A stretch of 64,000 bases of DNA, taken from contig JAWLHK010000003.1 in assembly GCA_041690355.1 (NCBI GenBank), forward strand, positions 1 through 64,000. Direction: 5' to 3'. Under the pieces are notes generated by a model. That model saw nothing but the letters and a program-made list of their open reading frames with translations. It was not told the origin of the DNA and made no database searches. This document shows positions 10,889-21,177 of this stretch, piece after piece (the stretch's first letter is position 1; each line of letters opens with the position of its first letter). Origin of the DNA: a bacterium. GTDB lineage: Bacteria; J088; JAWLBW01. The position numbers were made by a program, and so were the translations under genes.

Positions 10889-11659
10889 TCACTGGTTGAG
10901 CGTGACGTAGGTCGAGATGCCCTCTTTGCGCCGCAGCCGCTCGGCAATGGACTGGGCGTCTTCGCGGGTGCCGAACTGCCCGACGCGCACCCGGTACCAG
11001 GTGCCCTTGCCGGGAATGGCCGCCTTCGTGATGAAGGCGTCGTAACCCTTGTCGCGCAGCTTGCCGGTGAGGTTGTCGGCCTGGCGCCGGTCCTGAAAGG
11101 CGCTCACCTGAATCGTGAACGGCTTGCTGCCCGCCTTGGCCGGCTTGGCCTCGGCTTTCGGCCGTTCGGCGGCCCTGGCGGTCTTCTCGGGCTTCGGAGC
11201 GGCCGGTTTCGCGTCGCTCCGGGCCGCGGTTTCGCCTTTGGCGGTCGGCGCCGGCGCCTTCACGGGCGTGGCGGCCGGGTCGGCTGCGGCAGTTTCGGGA
11301 ACGGGAATCGAGGCCCCGGTGTCGGCAACCGGCTTGGCCTGCCCCTTCTCGTCGAAGAACTTGAGGGTCGGCGCCGGAGGGGTCTCGGGCGCGGGAGGCG
11401 TTTCGGCATCCGGTTGCGCCGCCTCCAGCTCGTCCGCTTCAGTAACGGCGGGCGTGGGGACGGGCGCTTCGAGCGCCGCGGCGACCGGATCGAGCGCGGC
11501 CACGTCGCCCGACGGATTCTGGTTCAACCCGCGACCGACGATGATGCCGAGCGCGAAGACCAGCGTCAGAATGACGAGGCTCAGAATGAAGAGCAGCGCA
11601 ACCTGACGGCTTTCCAGGCTGAGCTCGAAACGATCACGAACACGACGCGGTTCCCGCAT
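10889..11659 (-). CDS. SPOR-domain cell division protein (FtsN/DedD-like)
   Basis: N-terminal TM, Pro/Ala/Lys-rich linker, FTIQVSAF...WYRVRVGQF SPOR domain; follows argS. Confidence 0.9.
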   Translation of the reverse strand: MREPRRVRDRFELSLESRQVALLFILSLVILTLVFALGIIVGRGLNQNPSGDVAALDPVAAALEAPVPTPAVTEADELEAAQPDAETPPAPETPPAPTLKFFDEKGQAKPVADTGASIPVPETAAADPAATPVKAPAPTAKGETAARSDAKPAAPKPEKTARAAERPKAEAKPAKAGSKPFTIQVSAFQDRRQADNLTGKLRDKGYDAFITKAAIPGKGTWYRVRVGQFGTREDAQSIAERLRRKEGISTYVTLNQ

Positions 11660-11672
11660 ACATGACCCGCAG

Positions 11673-13334
11673 TTACATACTTTCCGGGGCGTCGACGGCG
11701 TAGAGAGTCAATCCCGTACGGATGACCCGCTGAACCAGCCGGCTCAGGCTCATTCGGGCCTGACTCAGCGGAACGTTCGACTCGTCGACGACCCGCTGCG
11801 TATTATAGAACTTATGGAAGCGCGACGCCAACTCGAGCAGGTAAAAGGTGACCCGGTGCGGCGCGAAGTCGGCCGCCGCGTCACGGATCATGCGCGGATA
11901 CTCCTGCACCGCCTTGACGAGGTCGATCTCCTCGGGCGTCGTCAGCAGGCCGAAATCGACCTGGTCGACCGGGGCCTCGGCGACCCCTTTTTCGGCCGCG
12001 TTCGCGAAAATCGAGTGGATGCGGGCGTGCGCGTACTGCACGTAGTAGACCGGATTCTCGTTGCTCTGCTTTTTGGCCAGCTCGAGATCGAAGTCCAGAT
12101 GGGCGTCGCTCTTGCGGAGCAGGAAGAAGAACCGCGCCGCATCCTTGCCCACCTCGTCGACGACGGCCTTGAGGGTCTCGAACTCACCCGAGCGGGTGCT
12201 CATCGAGATCTGCTTGCCGTCGCGCAGCAGGTTTACGAACTGCACGAGCTGCACCTGCAGGCGTGAGGCGTCGACCCCCGCCGCCTGCAGCACGGCGCGC
12301 ACGCGCGGGATGTAGCCGTGGTGGTCGCTCCCCCAGACGTCGACGACGACGTCGAAGCCGCGGTCGATCTTCTCGAGGTGGTAGGCGATGTCCGAGGCGT
12401 AGTAGGTCTTCACGCCGTTGGCGCGCACAACGACGCGGTCCTTCTCGTCGCCGAATTCGGTCGTGCGGAACCACCAGGCCCCTTCGCGCTCGACAATCCA
12501 CCCGGCCTTCTTCATCTCTTCGATCTTCTGATCGACCTTGCCCGAATCGACGAGCGACTTCTCGCTGTACCAGTTCGAGAAGGTGACCCCGAACTGCGCC
12601 AGGTCGTCGCGGATGCCGTCGAGAATCGCCTGGCCGGCGAAGGCCTCGCACACCGCCAGGGCCTCGTCTTCGGGGCGCGCCAGCAGCGCGTCGCCGTGCA
12701 CCTTCGTGACATCGGCGGCAATCTCCTTGATGTAGTCTCCCATGTAGTGGTTCTCGGGAAGCTCGACCGCGCGGCCGTGCTGCTGCTGATAGCGCACCCA
12801 GGTGCTGCGTCCGAGGGTGGCCATCTGATTGCCGGCGTCGTTGATGTAGTACTCGGTGAAGACATCGTGGCCCGCCATCTTGAGCAGGCGCGCCAGGCTG
12901 TCGCCGAACGCGGCCCCGCGCCCGTGGCCGACATGCAGCGGGCCCGTCGGGTTGGCCGAGACGAACTCGACGATGATGCGCTGGCGCTTCGCGGGCGCGA
13001 CGTCGGTGACGGTATCGCCCAGCAGCGCGAGCCGCTTCGCTTCTTTGGCCCAGTAGTCGCCGGCGATGAAGAAATTGATGAACCCCGGCCCGGCCAGCTC
13101 CACCTTCGCGAACATCGGGTGCCCCGCCAGGCGCGCCTGGATCAGAGAGGCCACCTCGCGCGGGGGCTTCGCGGCGGCCTTGGCGGCGACGAGCGCGAAA
13201 TTGGTCGCGTAATCGCCGTGGGTCTGCTGCTGCGGCACGGTGACGGCCGGTTCGACCTCGATGGACGGAAGCTCGCCGGCGGCGACGGCCTGGGCGATGG
13301 TCTCCCGAAGTACCTGAGCGATGGTGTCCTGCAT
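11673..13334 (-). CDS. argS: Arginine--tRNA ligase
   Basis: HGDYATNFA, VEFVSANPTGPLHVGHGR, YYVQYAHARI; ATG at 13334. Confidence 0.98.
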   Translation of the reverse strand: MQDTIAQVLRETIAQAVAAGELPSIEVEPAVTVPQQQTHGDYATNFALVAAKAAAKPPREVASLIQARLAGHPMFAKVELAGPGFINFFIAGDYWAKEAKRLALLGDTVTDVAPAKRQRIIVEFVSANPTGPLHVGHGRGAAFGDSLARLLKMAGHDVFTEYYINDAGNQMATLGRSTWVRYQQQHGRAVELPENHYMGDYIKEIAADVTKVHGDALLARPEDEALAVCEAFAGQAILDGIRDDLAQFGVTFSNWYSEKSLVDSGKVDQKIEEMKKAGWIVEREGAWWFRTTEFGDEKDRVVVRANGVKTYYASDIAYHLEKIDRGFDVVVDVWGSDHHGYIPRVRAVLQAAGVDASRLQVQLVQFVNLLRDGKQISMSTRSGEFETLKAVVDEVGKDAARFFFLLRKSDAHLDFDLELAKKQSNENPVYYVQYAHARIHSIFANAAEKGVAEAPVDQVDFGLLTTPEEIDLVKAVQEYPRMIRDAAADFAPHRVTFYLLELASRFHKFYNTQRVVDESNVPLSQARMSLSRLVQRVIRTGLTLYAVDAPESM

Positions 13335-13496
13335 AATCCTGGGGTCCTGCGAGCGGGTAAAACTTTCATTGTATACGGGGGGATGCCCGTTGGCCAATGT
13401 CCGCCTGCGTGCGCCCGGACGCCGGCCGGGCTCCCGCGTGAGCGCGGCGGGGTGAGGTTCCGGCCGGGCGCTCGGGTGTGGTAACTTGTGGAGAGC

Positions 13497-14630
13497 ATGC
13501 ACGCGCTCCCATTTTCGGGTCTGGCACTGGGGCTGGCGCTGCTGGGCGCGCAGGAGCCGCCCGGCGACGCCACCGCGCCCGTGGTGCCGACGCCGCCCGG
13601 GGTCATCCTCATCGTGGCCGACGGCCTGGGGACGAGCCACGAAGAATTTCTGCGCCTGGTCGACGGCCCGCTGGCTGCCGACGCCCTTCCCGAGCTCGCC
13701 CTGGTGCGCACGTCGACCGCCGTCGAGGTCGTCAGCGACTCGGCCGCGGGGGCCACGGCCATGGCCACGGGGGTGCGCACGCGCAACGGTTCCGTCGGCG
13801 TCGACGAGGCCGGCGCCGATCTCCTCACGGTCGCCGAGTGGGCGAAACGGCACGGCCGGCGGGTGGGCTTCGTCACGACCAGCTACATCGTCGACGCCAC
13901 CCCGGCCGCCTTCTACGGCGCCCGCCGCGATCGCGACGAGAAGCTTCAGCTCGCCCGCGAGCTCTTCGAGTTCCGCCCCGACCTCCTCTTCGGCGGCGGC
14001 GAGCAGTACTTTCTGCCCGCGGGCCGAACCGGACGGTTCGGGACGGGCGAGCGCGGCGACCGGCGCAACCTGCTGCGCGAGTTCCGCGCCGCAGGTTATC
14101 ACGTGGTCGAGCGGCCGCTGCCCGGGCCGCTCCCCATGGTCGGCCTGTTCGCCGAAGACGACCTCGAGGGAACTGCCTCCGATCCGGTCACGCTGCCGGC
14201 CATGGCGCGCGCCGCCCTGGCCGCGGTCGAGCACGACCCGCGCGGCTTCTTTCTCCTCATCGAGCAGGAAGGAACCGATACGGCGAGCCACGCCCGGTCT
14301 CCGGCCCGCCTGCTCGAGACGCTGCGCGTGTGGAACCAGACGGTGGCCCTGGCGCGCGAGGTGCAGCAGCGGCGCCCCAATACGGTGTTGATCGTGACTG
14401 CCGATCACGAATCGGGCGGGGTCTCGCTCATCGACAACGGCGCCTGCGGTTTTCTCTCCATCGCCGCCCGGCGCTATCAGAGCCGCGAGGGGCAGCCGTT
14501 CTGCGTGCAGTTCACGACCCGGGCGCATACGGCGGCCCCCGTACCCCTGCACGCGGCGGGAATCGAGATCCCGCGGGGCGTGATCCTGAACACCGACGTC
14601 CACACCCTGCTCAAGAGCGCCCTCGAATGA
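13497..14630 (+). CDS. Alkaline phosphatase family protein (exported)
   Basis: [40 protein letters not shown]. Confidence 0.88.
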   Translation: MHALPFSGLALGLALLGAQEPPGDATAPVVPTPPGVILIVADGLGTSHEEFLRLVDGPLAADALPELALVRTSTAVEVVSDSAAGATAMATGVRTRNGSVGVDEAGADLLTVAEWAKRHGRRVGFVTTSYIVDATPAAFYGARRDRDEKLQLARELFEFRPDLLFGGGEQYFLPAGRTGRFGTGERGDRRNLLREFRAAGYHVVERPLPGPLPMVGLFAEDDLEGTASDPVTLPAMARAALAAVEHDPRGFFLLIEQEGTDTASHARSPARLLETLRVWNQTVALAREVQQRRPNTVLIVTADHESGGVSLIDNGACGFLSIAARRYQSREGQPFCVQFTTRAHTAAPVPLHAAGIEIPRGVILNTDVHTLLKSALE

Positions 14631-15007
14631 CCGCCCCCGAATATACCCTCGCCCTCATTGCGCACGACCGCAAGAAAGACGAGCTGGTCGCCTTCGCGGC
14701 CCGCCACCGGGAACTCCTCGCGAAGTGCCGGCTGATCGCCACGGGCACGACGGGGGGGCGCATTGCCGACGCCACCGGCCTGCCGGTCGAACGCGTGCTT
14801 TCGGGCCCCCTGGGCGGCGACCTGCAGATCGGCGCGCGCATTTCTCAGGGCGAAGTGCAGATGGTCGTCTTTCTGCGCGATCCGCTGACCGCCCATCCCC
14901 ATGAACCCGATATCGCCGCCCTGCTCAAGGCCTGCGATGTCCACAATGTGCCCCTGGCGACCAATCTCGCCGGGGCTGAACTGCTGATGCGCCATCTGGC
15001 CGAGTGA
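14627..15007 (+). CDS. mgsA: Methylglyoxal synthase
   Basis: [43 protein letters not shown]. Confidence 0.96.
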   Translation: MTAPEYTLALIAHDRKKDELVAFAARHRELLAKCRLIATGTTGGRIADATGLPVERVLSGPLGGDLQIGARISQGEVQMVVFLRDPLTAHPHEPDIAALLKACDVHNVPLATNLAGAELLMRHLAE

Positions 15008-15017
15008 AGGAGATCGT

Positions 15018-15524
15018 ATGTGGAAGCGAACCCTGCCCCTGCTCCTGTGGATTCTGGCTGCCTGCGGCGACGACAAGGCCGTCGATCCCGTGCGGGTCGT
15101 CGCGGCCGGCACGTTGTTTCAAGGGCTGGCCGGCGGTGAGACCCGGGCCTTCTTCGCCGACGGGACGAGCCTCGCGCAGCCGGTGACCGGCACGGCCGCG
15201 ATACACGTCCCCCGCGGCGTTTTCTCGAACACCGCCTTTCCCCTGACCGCGACCTTCTCGGTGCTCGACGGAAACAACCGGGTCATCGAGGCTTCGGTCG
15301 ACTTCCCCTCGGTACGCCGGGGGGCGGGCAGTCTGTACACGGGTTCCTTTGCCGAGGCCGACGTCGAAGCAGCCCTCACCTTCCAGCTGCAGAATACGAC
15401 GGCAGGCCCGGTCATCGACCTGCAATCCCTGGCCTACAGCGCCCCCGCCACGGGCGCCATCGTGCGCAGGCGCACGGTCGTCGCGGGGCAGTTGCGGCAG
15501 CAGGGCGTGCAGCTGCTTCCCTGA
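15018..15524 (+). CDS. Hypothetical lipoprotein
   Basis: AAGGAG RBS, lipobox ILAAC, codon usage like neighbouring genes. Confidence 0.7.
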   Translation: MWKRTLPLLLWILAACGDDKAVDPVRVVAAGTLFQGLAGGETRAFFADGTSLAQPVTGTAAIHVPRGVFSNTAFPLTATFSVLDGNNRVIEASVDFPSVRRGAGSLYTGSFAEADVEAALTFQLQNTTAGPVIDLQSLAYSAPATGAIVRRRTVVAGQLRQQGVQLLP

Positions 15525-15704
15525 ACGTCGCGCCGGGCTCTCGCGTCAGGCTCCGGGGCGCGCCTCCGGCGCAGGCGACGTGTCTCCGCGGCACCTGTAC
15601 CTTGACCGTATGGTACGGGGATCCGACGGCTTCCCGTTGTGATCTTGCGCCGGCCTGCTACAATACTTCCTTTTTTTCAAATCGCCCCCAGAGTTCCGCC
15701 TGCC

Positions 15705-18035
15705 ATGGAAAGCCTCAAGAAACTGACCGAAGACCAGATCCAGCGCTACGCCGATCGGATCGCGCAGGAGCTCAACCACTCCCGCGCCGGCGTCGTCAAT
15801 ACGTTGCGCCTGCTCGTCGAAGAGTCGACGGTCCCCTTCATCGCCCGCTACCGCAAGGAGATGACCGGCGGCCTCGATGAAGTCGGCATCCGCGCCGCGG
15901 GCGACCGGGCCGAAGACCTCTACGAGCTCGAGACCCGCAAGGCGAGCATCATCAAGACCATCGAAGAGCTCGGCAAGATGACCCCCGAGCTTCTGAAGGC
16001 GCTGGTGGCTTGCGAAGACCGCGCGCGCCTCGAAGACCTCTACCTGCCCTACCGCCCGAAGCGCAAGACCCGCGCCAGCATCGCCCGCGAAAAGGGGCTC
16101 GAACCGCTGGCCGACCTGATCCAGGCTCAGGACGATGCGCGTGGGCTCGAAGAGCTGGCCGCCCCGTTCGTGAATGCGGAACTGGGGGTCGAAAGTCCGC
16201 TGGCGGCCCTGCAGGGGGCCAACGACATCCTGGCCGAACGCGTGAGCGAGAACGCCGACGCCCGCGCCTTTCTGCGCCAGCGCCTGCTCGATCAGGGCGA
16301 GGTGGTCTCGCGCCGGCGTCCCCTCGACGAAAAGCATGACGAAGCCGCCCGGTTTCAGGATTACTTCGACTTCCGCGAATCGGTCGCGAAGATCCCGTCG
16401 CACCGCATGCTCGCCATCCGCCGGGGCGAGAAGCTCGAACACCTGTCCTACGAAGTCGAAATCGACCGCAAGGCCGCCCTCGACGAGCTGGCCCGGCGTT
16501 TCGTCACCAAGCCGAACACGCCCGCCGGGCAGGCCATGGCCGCCGCGACGACCGACGCCTACGACCGCCTCATGATGCCCTCGCTGCAGGTCGAGGTGCG
16601 CGGCATTCTGCGCCAGCGGGCCGAAGACGCCGCCATCGACGTCTTCAAGCAGAATCTGGGGAACCTGCTGCTCTCGGCGCCCGCGGGCAGCCTGCGCGTC
16701 ATGGGGCTCGACCCCGGATTCCGCACCGGCTGCAAGGTCGCCGTCATCGACGACACCGGCAAGCTGGTCGCGCACGACACGATTTATCCGGTGGAACCGC
16801 AGGAACGCGTCCGCGAATCCGAGTCGACGCTGATCGACTTCATCACCCGCTTCCACATTCAGGCGATAGCCGTGGGTAACGGCACCGCCAGCCGCGAAAC
16901 CGAATCGTTCGCGCGTGCCATGCTCGCGCGGCGGGGAATCGCCGAGCAGGTGCGCGTGGCCATGGTCAACGAGTCGGGCGCCTCCGTGTATTCCGCCAGC
17001 GACCTGGCGCGCGAAGAGTTCCCCGATCTCGACGTGAGCATCCGCGGCGCCGTGAGCATTGCGCGCCGCCTGCAGGATCCGCTGGCCGAGCTCGTGAAGA
17101 TCGACCCGAAGAGCATCGGCGTGGGCCAGTACCAGCACGACGTCGATCAGCGCAAGCTCGGCAAGAGCCTCGAAGACGTGCTCGAAGACTGCGTGAACAA
17201 GGTCGGCGTCGACCTGAACACGGCCTCGACCCGCCTGCTGACCTACGTGGCCGGCCTGGGCCCGAGCCTGGCCAAGGCCATCGTCGATCACCGCAATCTC
17301 CAGGGCGCATTCCGCAAACGCGACGACCTCGTGGGCGTGCGCGGCCTGGGCCCGCGGGCGTTCGAGCAGGCCGCCGGCTTTCTGCGCATCCGCAACGGCG
17401 ACAACCCGCTCGACGCGACCTCGGTGCACCCCGAGAGTTACCCGATCGTCGAAGAGATGGCCCAGAAGCTCGGCGTCGACGTTCCCGCGCTGGTGAGCAA
17501 CAAGGACCTGATCGCCAAGCTGCAGCTCGAGCAGTTCGTGAGCGACCAGGTGGGCCTGCCCACCCTGCTCGACATCCGCGACGAACTGCTGCGGCCGGGG
17601 CGCGATCCGCGCGCGGAATTCAAATGGGCGACCTACCGCGACGACGTGCGCACGGTGGCCGATCTGGAACCGGACATGCAGCTCGAGGGGACGGTGACCA
17701 ACGTGACCGCCTTCGGCGCCTTCGTCGACATCGGCGTGCATCAGGACGGCCTCGTGCACATCAGCGAACTGGCCGATTCCTTCGTCAAGGACCCCCACTC
17801 GGTCGTTTCGGTGGGTCAGGTGGTCAACGTCACCGTCCTGACCGTCGACACGGCCCGCGAGCGCATCGGGCTCAGCATGCGCAGCAAGCCGAACGTGGGC
17901 GCAAAATCGGGCGGCGGCGGTGCCGCCCGCGGGGAGCACGGCGGCGGCGCGCGACGGCAGGAGAAGGCCGCCCCGCAGGCCCCTCACCCCGGCCTCAGCG
18001 GCCTGGCCGCACTGAAGGACAAGTTCCGAAAATAA
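15705..18035 (+). CDS. tex: Tex family RNA-binding transcription accessory protein
   Basis: TVPFIARYRKEMTG, DPGFRTGCK, SIARRLQDPLAELVKIDPKSIGVGQYQHD, C-terminal S1 domain. Confidence 0.96.
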   Translation: MESLKKLTEDQIQRYADRIAQELNHSRAGVVNTLRLLVEESTVPFIARYRKEMTGGLDEVGIRAAGDRAEDLYELETRKASIIKTIEELGKMTPELLKALVACEDRARLEDLYLPYRPKRKTRASIAREKGLEPLADLIQAQDDARGLEELAAPFVNAELGVESPLAALQGANDILAERVSENADARAFLRQRLLDQGEVVSRRRPLDEKHDEAARFQDYFDFRESVAKIPSHRMLAIRRGEKLEHLSYEVEIDRKAALDELARRFVTKPNTPAGQAMAAATTDAYDRLMMPSLQVEVRGILRQRAEDAAIDVFKQNLGNLLLSAPAGSLRVMGLDPGFRTGCKVAVIDDTGKLVAHDTIYPVEPQERVRESESTLIDFITRFHIQAIAVGNGTASRETESFARAMLARRGIAEQVRVAMVNESGASVYSASDLAREEFPDLDVSIRGAVSIARRLQDPLAELVKIDPKSIGVGQYQHDVDQRKLGKSLEDVLEDCVNKVGVDLNTASTRLLTYVAGLGPSLAKAIVDHRNLQGAFRKRDDLVGVRGLGPRAFEQAAGFLRIRNGDNPLDATSVHPESYPIVEEMAQKLGVDVPALVSNKDLIAKLQLEQFVSDQVGLPTLLDIRDELLRPGRDPRAEFKWATYRDDVRTVADLEPDMQLEGTVTNVTAFGAFVDIGVHQDGLVHISELADSFVKDPHSVVSVGQVVNVTVLTVDTARERIGLSMRSKPNVGAKSGGGGAARGEHGGGARRQEKAAPQAPHPGLSGLAALKDKFRK

Positions 18036-18200
18036 CAGCACAAAAAATAGCCGCCCTTCACTCTTGCCGCCGCGGATCCTTTCCTTTATAATTCCCTGCT
18101 CGACATGTCGGGTTTTTCCCTTCGCCAAGCGGAGGTATCCGGCCGTCTCCCGCGGGGAAATTCCCGGTGGAATCATGGTTTTCGAAATCGTCGTCATTGC

Positions 18201-19559
18201 ATGAAATCGGTCAGTCTCATCAGCCTCGGGTGCCCCAAGAACCTCGTCGACAGCGAGGTCATGCTGGGCATTCTCAAGAAAGACGGCTACGCCTACTCTC
18301 CGAATCCGGAAGAGGCGGAACTGATCGTCGTGAACACCTGCGGCTTCATCGGCCCCTCGCAGGAAGAGTCGATTGATACGATTCTCGAGATGGCCGAGGT
18401 CAAGAAGTCGAGCGTTCAGGCGGGCAGGCGCAAGAAGCTCGTCGTGACCGGCTGCCTCGTCCAGCGCTATCCGGGAGAGCTCGCCAAGGAGATGCCCGAG
18501 GTCGATCTCTTCGTCGGCACCGGAGAGTTCCAGAAGCTACCCGAGCTGCTCGGCGCCACGGAACGCGAGGTCATCGGCCGTCCCGAGTACGTCTATGACT
18601 CGCTGACCCCCCGCGTGCTCACGACCGAATCGGCCATGGCCTACGTGAAGATCAGCGAAGGGTGCGACCACAAGTGCACCTTCTGCATCATCCCGACGCT
18701 GCGCGGCCTGGCCCGTTCGCGCCCGGTCGACGACATCGAGCGCGAAGTGCGTTCGCTGGCGGCGCAGGGCGTGCGCGAGATCGTGCTCGTGAGCCAGGAC
18801 AGCACCGCCTACGGCCGCGATCTGGCCGATCCGACGACCCTCGGCAAGCTCCTGAAACGCCTCGACGACGTCGAGGGGGTCCGCTGGATTCGCGTGCTCT
18901 ACACCTATCCCAAGCTCTTCGACGACGATCTGATGGAGGTGCTCGCCCACGGCAAGCGCGTGGTTCCGTACATCGACATGCCGCTGCAGCACATCAGCGA
19001 CCCGGTGCTCAAGACCATGCGCCGCGGGACGCGCGAGCAGGCGACGCGGGATCTCATCCAGAAGCTGCGCGAGCGGATTCCGAACCTGGTGTTCCGCACG
19101 ACCTTCATCGTCGGCTTTCCCGGCGAGACCGATGAAGATTTCGAGAAGCTGAATGCCTTCATGGCCGAAGGGCATTTCGATCGCGTCGGCGTGTTCCGCT
19201 ACTGCCGCGAAGAGGGTACGCCGGCGGCCGAGCTGCCGAACCAGATCCCCGACAAGGTCAAGACGCAGCGCTACCGCAAGCTGATGAAGACACAGCAGAC
19301 GGTCGCCATGCGGCGCAATCAGGCACAGGTGGGCAAGACCTTCGACGTGCTCGTCGAGGGGCTCAGCGAAGAAACCGACCTGCTGCTGCGCGGCCGCTAC
19401 TACGGACAGGCCCCCGACATCGACGGGGTCGTCCTCATCAACGACGGTGAAGCCGAGGTGGGCGCCTTCCACCGCGTCGAAATCACCGAAGCACACCCGT
19501 ACGACCTGGTGGGGCGCATTGTCTCACCCCGCCTTGACGATACGGCAACAGTTTTCTAG
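18201..19559 (+). CDS. rimO: Ribosomal protein S12 methylthiotransferase
   Basis: SLGCPKNLVDSE, NTCGFI, CDHKCTFC radical-SAM motif, QAPDIDG TRAM region. Confidence 0.97.
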   Translation: MKSVSLISLGCPKNLVDSEVMLGILKKDGYAYSPNPEEAELIVVNTCGFIGPSQEESIDTILEMAEVKKSSVQAGRRKKLVVTGCLVQRYPGELAKEMPEVDLFVGTGEFQKLPELLGATEREVIGRPEYVYDSLTPRVLTTESAMAYVKISEGCDHKCTFCIIPTLRGLARSRPVDDIEREVRSLAAQGVREIVLVSQDSTAYGRDLADPTTLGKLLKRLDDVEGVRWIRVLYTYPKLFDDDLMEVLAHGKRVVPYIDMPLQHISDPVLKTMRRGTREQATRDLIQKLRERIPNLVFRTTFIVGFPGETDEDFEKLNAFMAEGHFDRVGVFRYCREEGTPAAELPNQIPDKVKTQRYRKLMKTQQTVAMRRNQAQVGKTFDVLVEGLSEETDLLLRGRYYGQAPDIDGVVLINDGEAEVGAFHRVEITEAHPYDLVGRIVSPRLDDTATVF

Positions 19560-19591
19560 ACTAGGGAAAACGTTCCCGACGGAGGTACCCC

Positions 19592-20128
19592 GTGGCCACG
19601 CCCAAATCCAAGACCGCAGCCCGCACCACCAAGAAGGCCGCGCCCGCCTCGACCGCTCCCAAGAAGAAGGCGGCGCCCGCCGCATCCTCGACCAAGGGGG
19701 CATCGGAAAACGAGCTGCGCACGATTCTCGAAGAGTTGCAGCAACATACGGCGCATGAAATCTCCGAGAAGCTGAAGAGCGGCACCGCCGGCGTCGGCAA
19801 AGACATCGGCGATTTCTACGACCTGGCGACTGAAGAGCGCGAGCGCGAACTCGAGCTGCTGCTCGGCGACCGCGAGCGCAGCCGCCTGCGTCAGATCAAC
19901 GAGGCTTTCCAGCGTCTCGAAGAGGGCACCTACGGCATCTGCGAAGAGTGCGGCGAGCCGATCAATCCGAAGCGGCTGCGCATCGTTCCCTTCGCGCGCA
20001 CGTGCGTCGACTGCCAGCACGAGAAAGAGCACGAAGAGCGCCAGATGCGCGAGCGCGACGATGACAAGGTCTACTCCGTCATCGCCACCGATCGCCCGGC
20101 GAGCCTCGACGAAGACGACGAAGGCTGA
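19592..20128 (+). CDS. DksA/TraR family transcription factor
   Basis: GDFYDLA (DxxDxA), GTYGICEECGEPI..RL..VP..RTCVDC zinc finger. Confidence 0.92.
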   Translation: MATPKSKTAARTTKKAAPASTAPKKKAAPAASSTKGASENELRTILEELQQHTAHEISEKLKSGTAGVGKDIGDFYDLATEERERELELLLGDRERSRLRQINEAFQRLEEGTYGICEECGEPINPKRLRIVPFARTCVDCQHEKEHEERQMRERDDDKVYSVIATDRPASLDEDDEG

Positions 20129-20134
20129 GAAAAA

Positions 20135-20156
20135 ATGCGGGGCTCCCGCATCTTTT
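20135..20156 (+). terminator. Probable terminator after the DksA-family gene
   Basis: ATGCGGG-GCT-CCCGCAT followed by CTTTT. Confidence 0.55.
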
Positions 20157-20205
20157 CCCGTGCAATTCCCGTTCACTCTGGTATACTGATCTATTCAACC
20201 TCTGA

Positions 20206-20282
<77 letters not shown>

Positions 20283-20287
20283 AATCG

Positions 20288-20317
20288 AAAAAAAGCCCTC
20301 CGATGGAGGGCTTTTTT
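20288..20317 (+). terminator. Bidirectional intrinsic terminator after the tRNA
   Basis: A7-GCCCTCC-GAT-GGAGGGC-T6. Confidence 0.88.
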
Positions 20318-20467
20318 GTTTTCTGCAGTCCCCCCGGCCATTTCAGCCAACCTCTCGTATCCACGCTTCAGGCCCCCCTATCGCCCCCGCCGAAGGTCTG
20401 CCATAGCGTACGCGGAGCGGGCGGGGGATCCGAAAATGAAAGCAAACGCGTTCAGGGCTCGGCAGAC

Positions 20468-20562
20468 CGTCACTCGTCACTCGAAACTCGTCACTCGTCA
20501 CTCGTCACTCGCCACTCGTCACTCGTCACTCGCCGCTCGTCACTCGTCACTCGTCACTCGCC
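20468..20562. repeat. Tandem heptamer repeat (CTCGTCA)n, about 13 units
   Basis: Direct reading; a few variant units (CTCGAAA, CTCGCCA, CTCGCCG). Confidence 0.95.
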
Positions 20563-20564
20563 CC

Positions 20565-20598
20565 GGCCCCCCTGTCGTCCCCCGAGGGGGGACCCGAA
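20565..20598 (+). repeat. Left inverted repeat of the DUF559 module
   Basis: GGCCCCCCTGTCGTCCCCCGAGGGGGGACCCGAA; reverse complement of 21178-21212 except for one extra G in the right copy. Confidence 0.92.
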
Positions 20599-20688
20599 AA
20601 TTAGAATGCGATAACTCTCTGCAGGCCCTTCCCTGCGGGGCGATTCCATCGTAAACTGCGGTGCGGAAACTCGGCATAGAGGTGGGAC

Positions 20689-21078
20689 ATGGCCTGGCAG
20701 GGGAACAGCTTTGCAGGTGGGAAGAGGGCGCGGCCACAGTATCTGACCGAACTTGCGCGGCAGTTACGCCAGAACCCCACGCCGGAGGAGATCGCGCTTT
20801 GGGGGCGGCTTCGGGATAAACGTCTGGCGGGACTTCGTTTCCGCCGTCAGCACCCGATTGGCCGCTACATCCTCGACTTCTACGCCCATCTGCGCCGGGA
20901 AACCATCCTTGGTCTCGCGGTGGAGCTCGATGGCGCGCACCATGACCCGTCTGCCGATCGGGAACGCGACGCCTGGCTTCTCGCCCACCGCATCCCCGTG
21001 CTCCGATTCAGCAATCGCGAAGTCCGTGAGGACATCGACAGCGTGCTGCTGCGGATCAAGTCGGCCGCCTTGGCCTGA
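20689..21078 (+). CDS. DUF559 / very-short-patch-repair-like endonuclease
   Basis: ARQLRQNPTPEE..LW..LR, FRRQHPIGRYILDFY, VELDGAHH, DRERDAWL....VLRFSN. Confidence 0.92.
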   Translation: MAWQGNSFAGGKRARPQYLTELARQLRQNPTPEEIALWGRLRDKRLAGLRFRRQHPIGRYILDFYAHLRRETILGLAVELDGAHHDPSADRERDAWLLAHRIPVLRFSNREVREDIDSVLLRIKSAALA

Positions 21079-21121
21079 CATCACGGAAATAGCAGAGGCG
21101 ATCCAAGAGTTCGTGGTGGAC

Positions 21122-21157
21122 AAAAAAGGCGGAACCCTCCTCGCGAGAGTTCCGCCT
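21122..21157 (-). terminator. Probable minus-strand terminator (leuCD transcript)
   Basis: AGGCGGAAC...GTTCCGCCT stem preceded by A6 on the + strand. Confidence 0.6.
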
Positions 21158-21177
21158 GCGTTCACAAGTTCTTTATG

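Noticed and set aside
13335-14603. 976-aa ArgS with a long N-terminal extension
   Set aside because: The extension is the antisense shadow of the alkaline phosphatase gene; the real start is at 13334
15546-18197. Long antisense ORFs (for example 883 aa opposite tex, 902 aa opposite leuCD, 771 aa opposite alkB)
   Set aside because: Typical high-GC shadow ORFs opposite clearly recognisable genes
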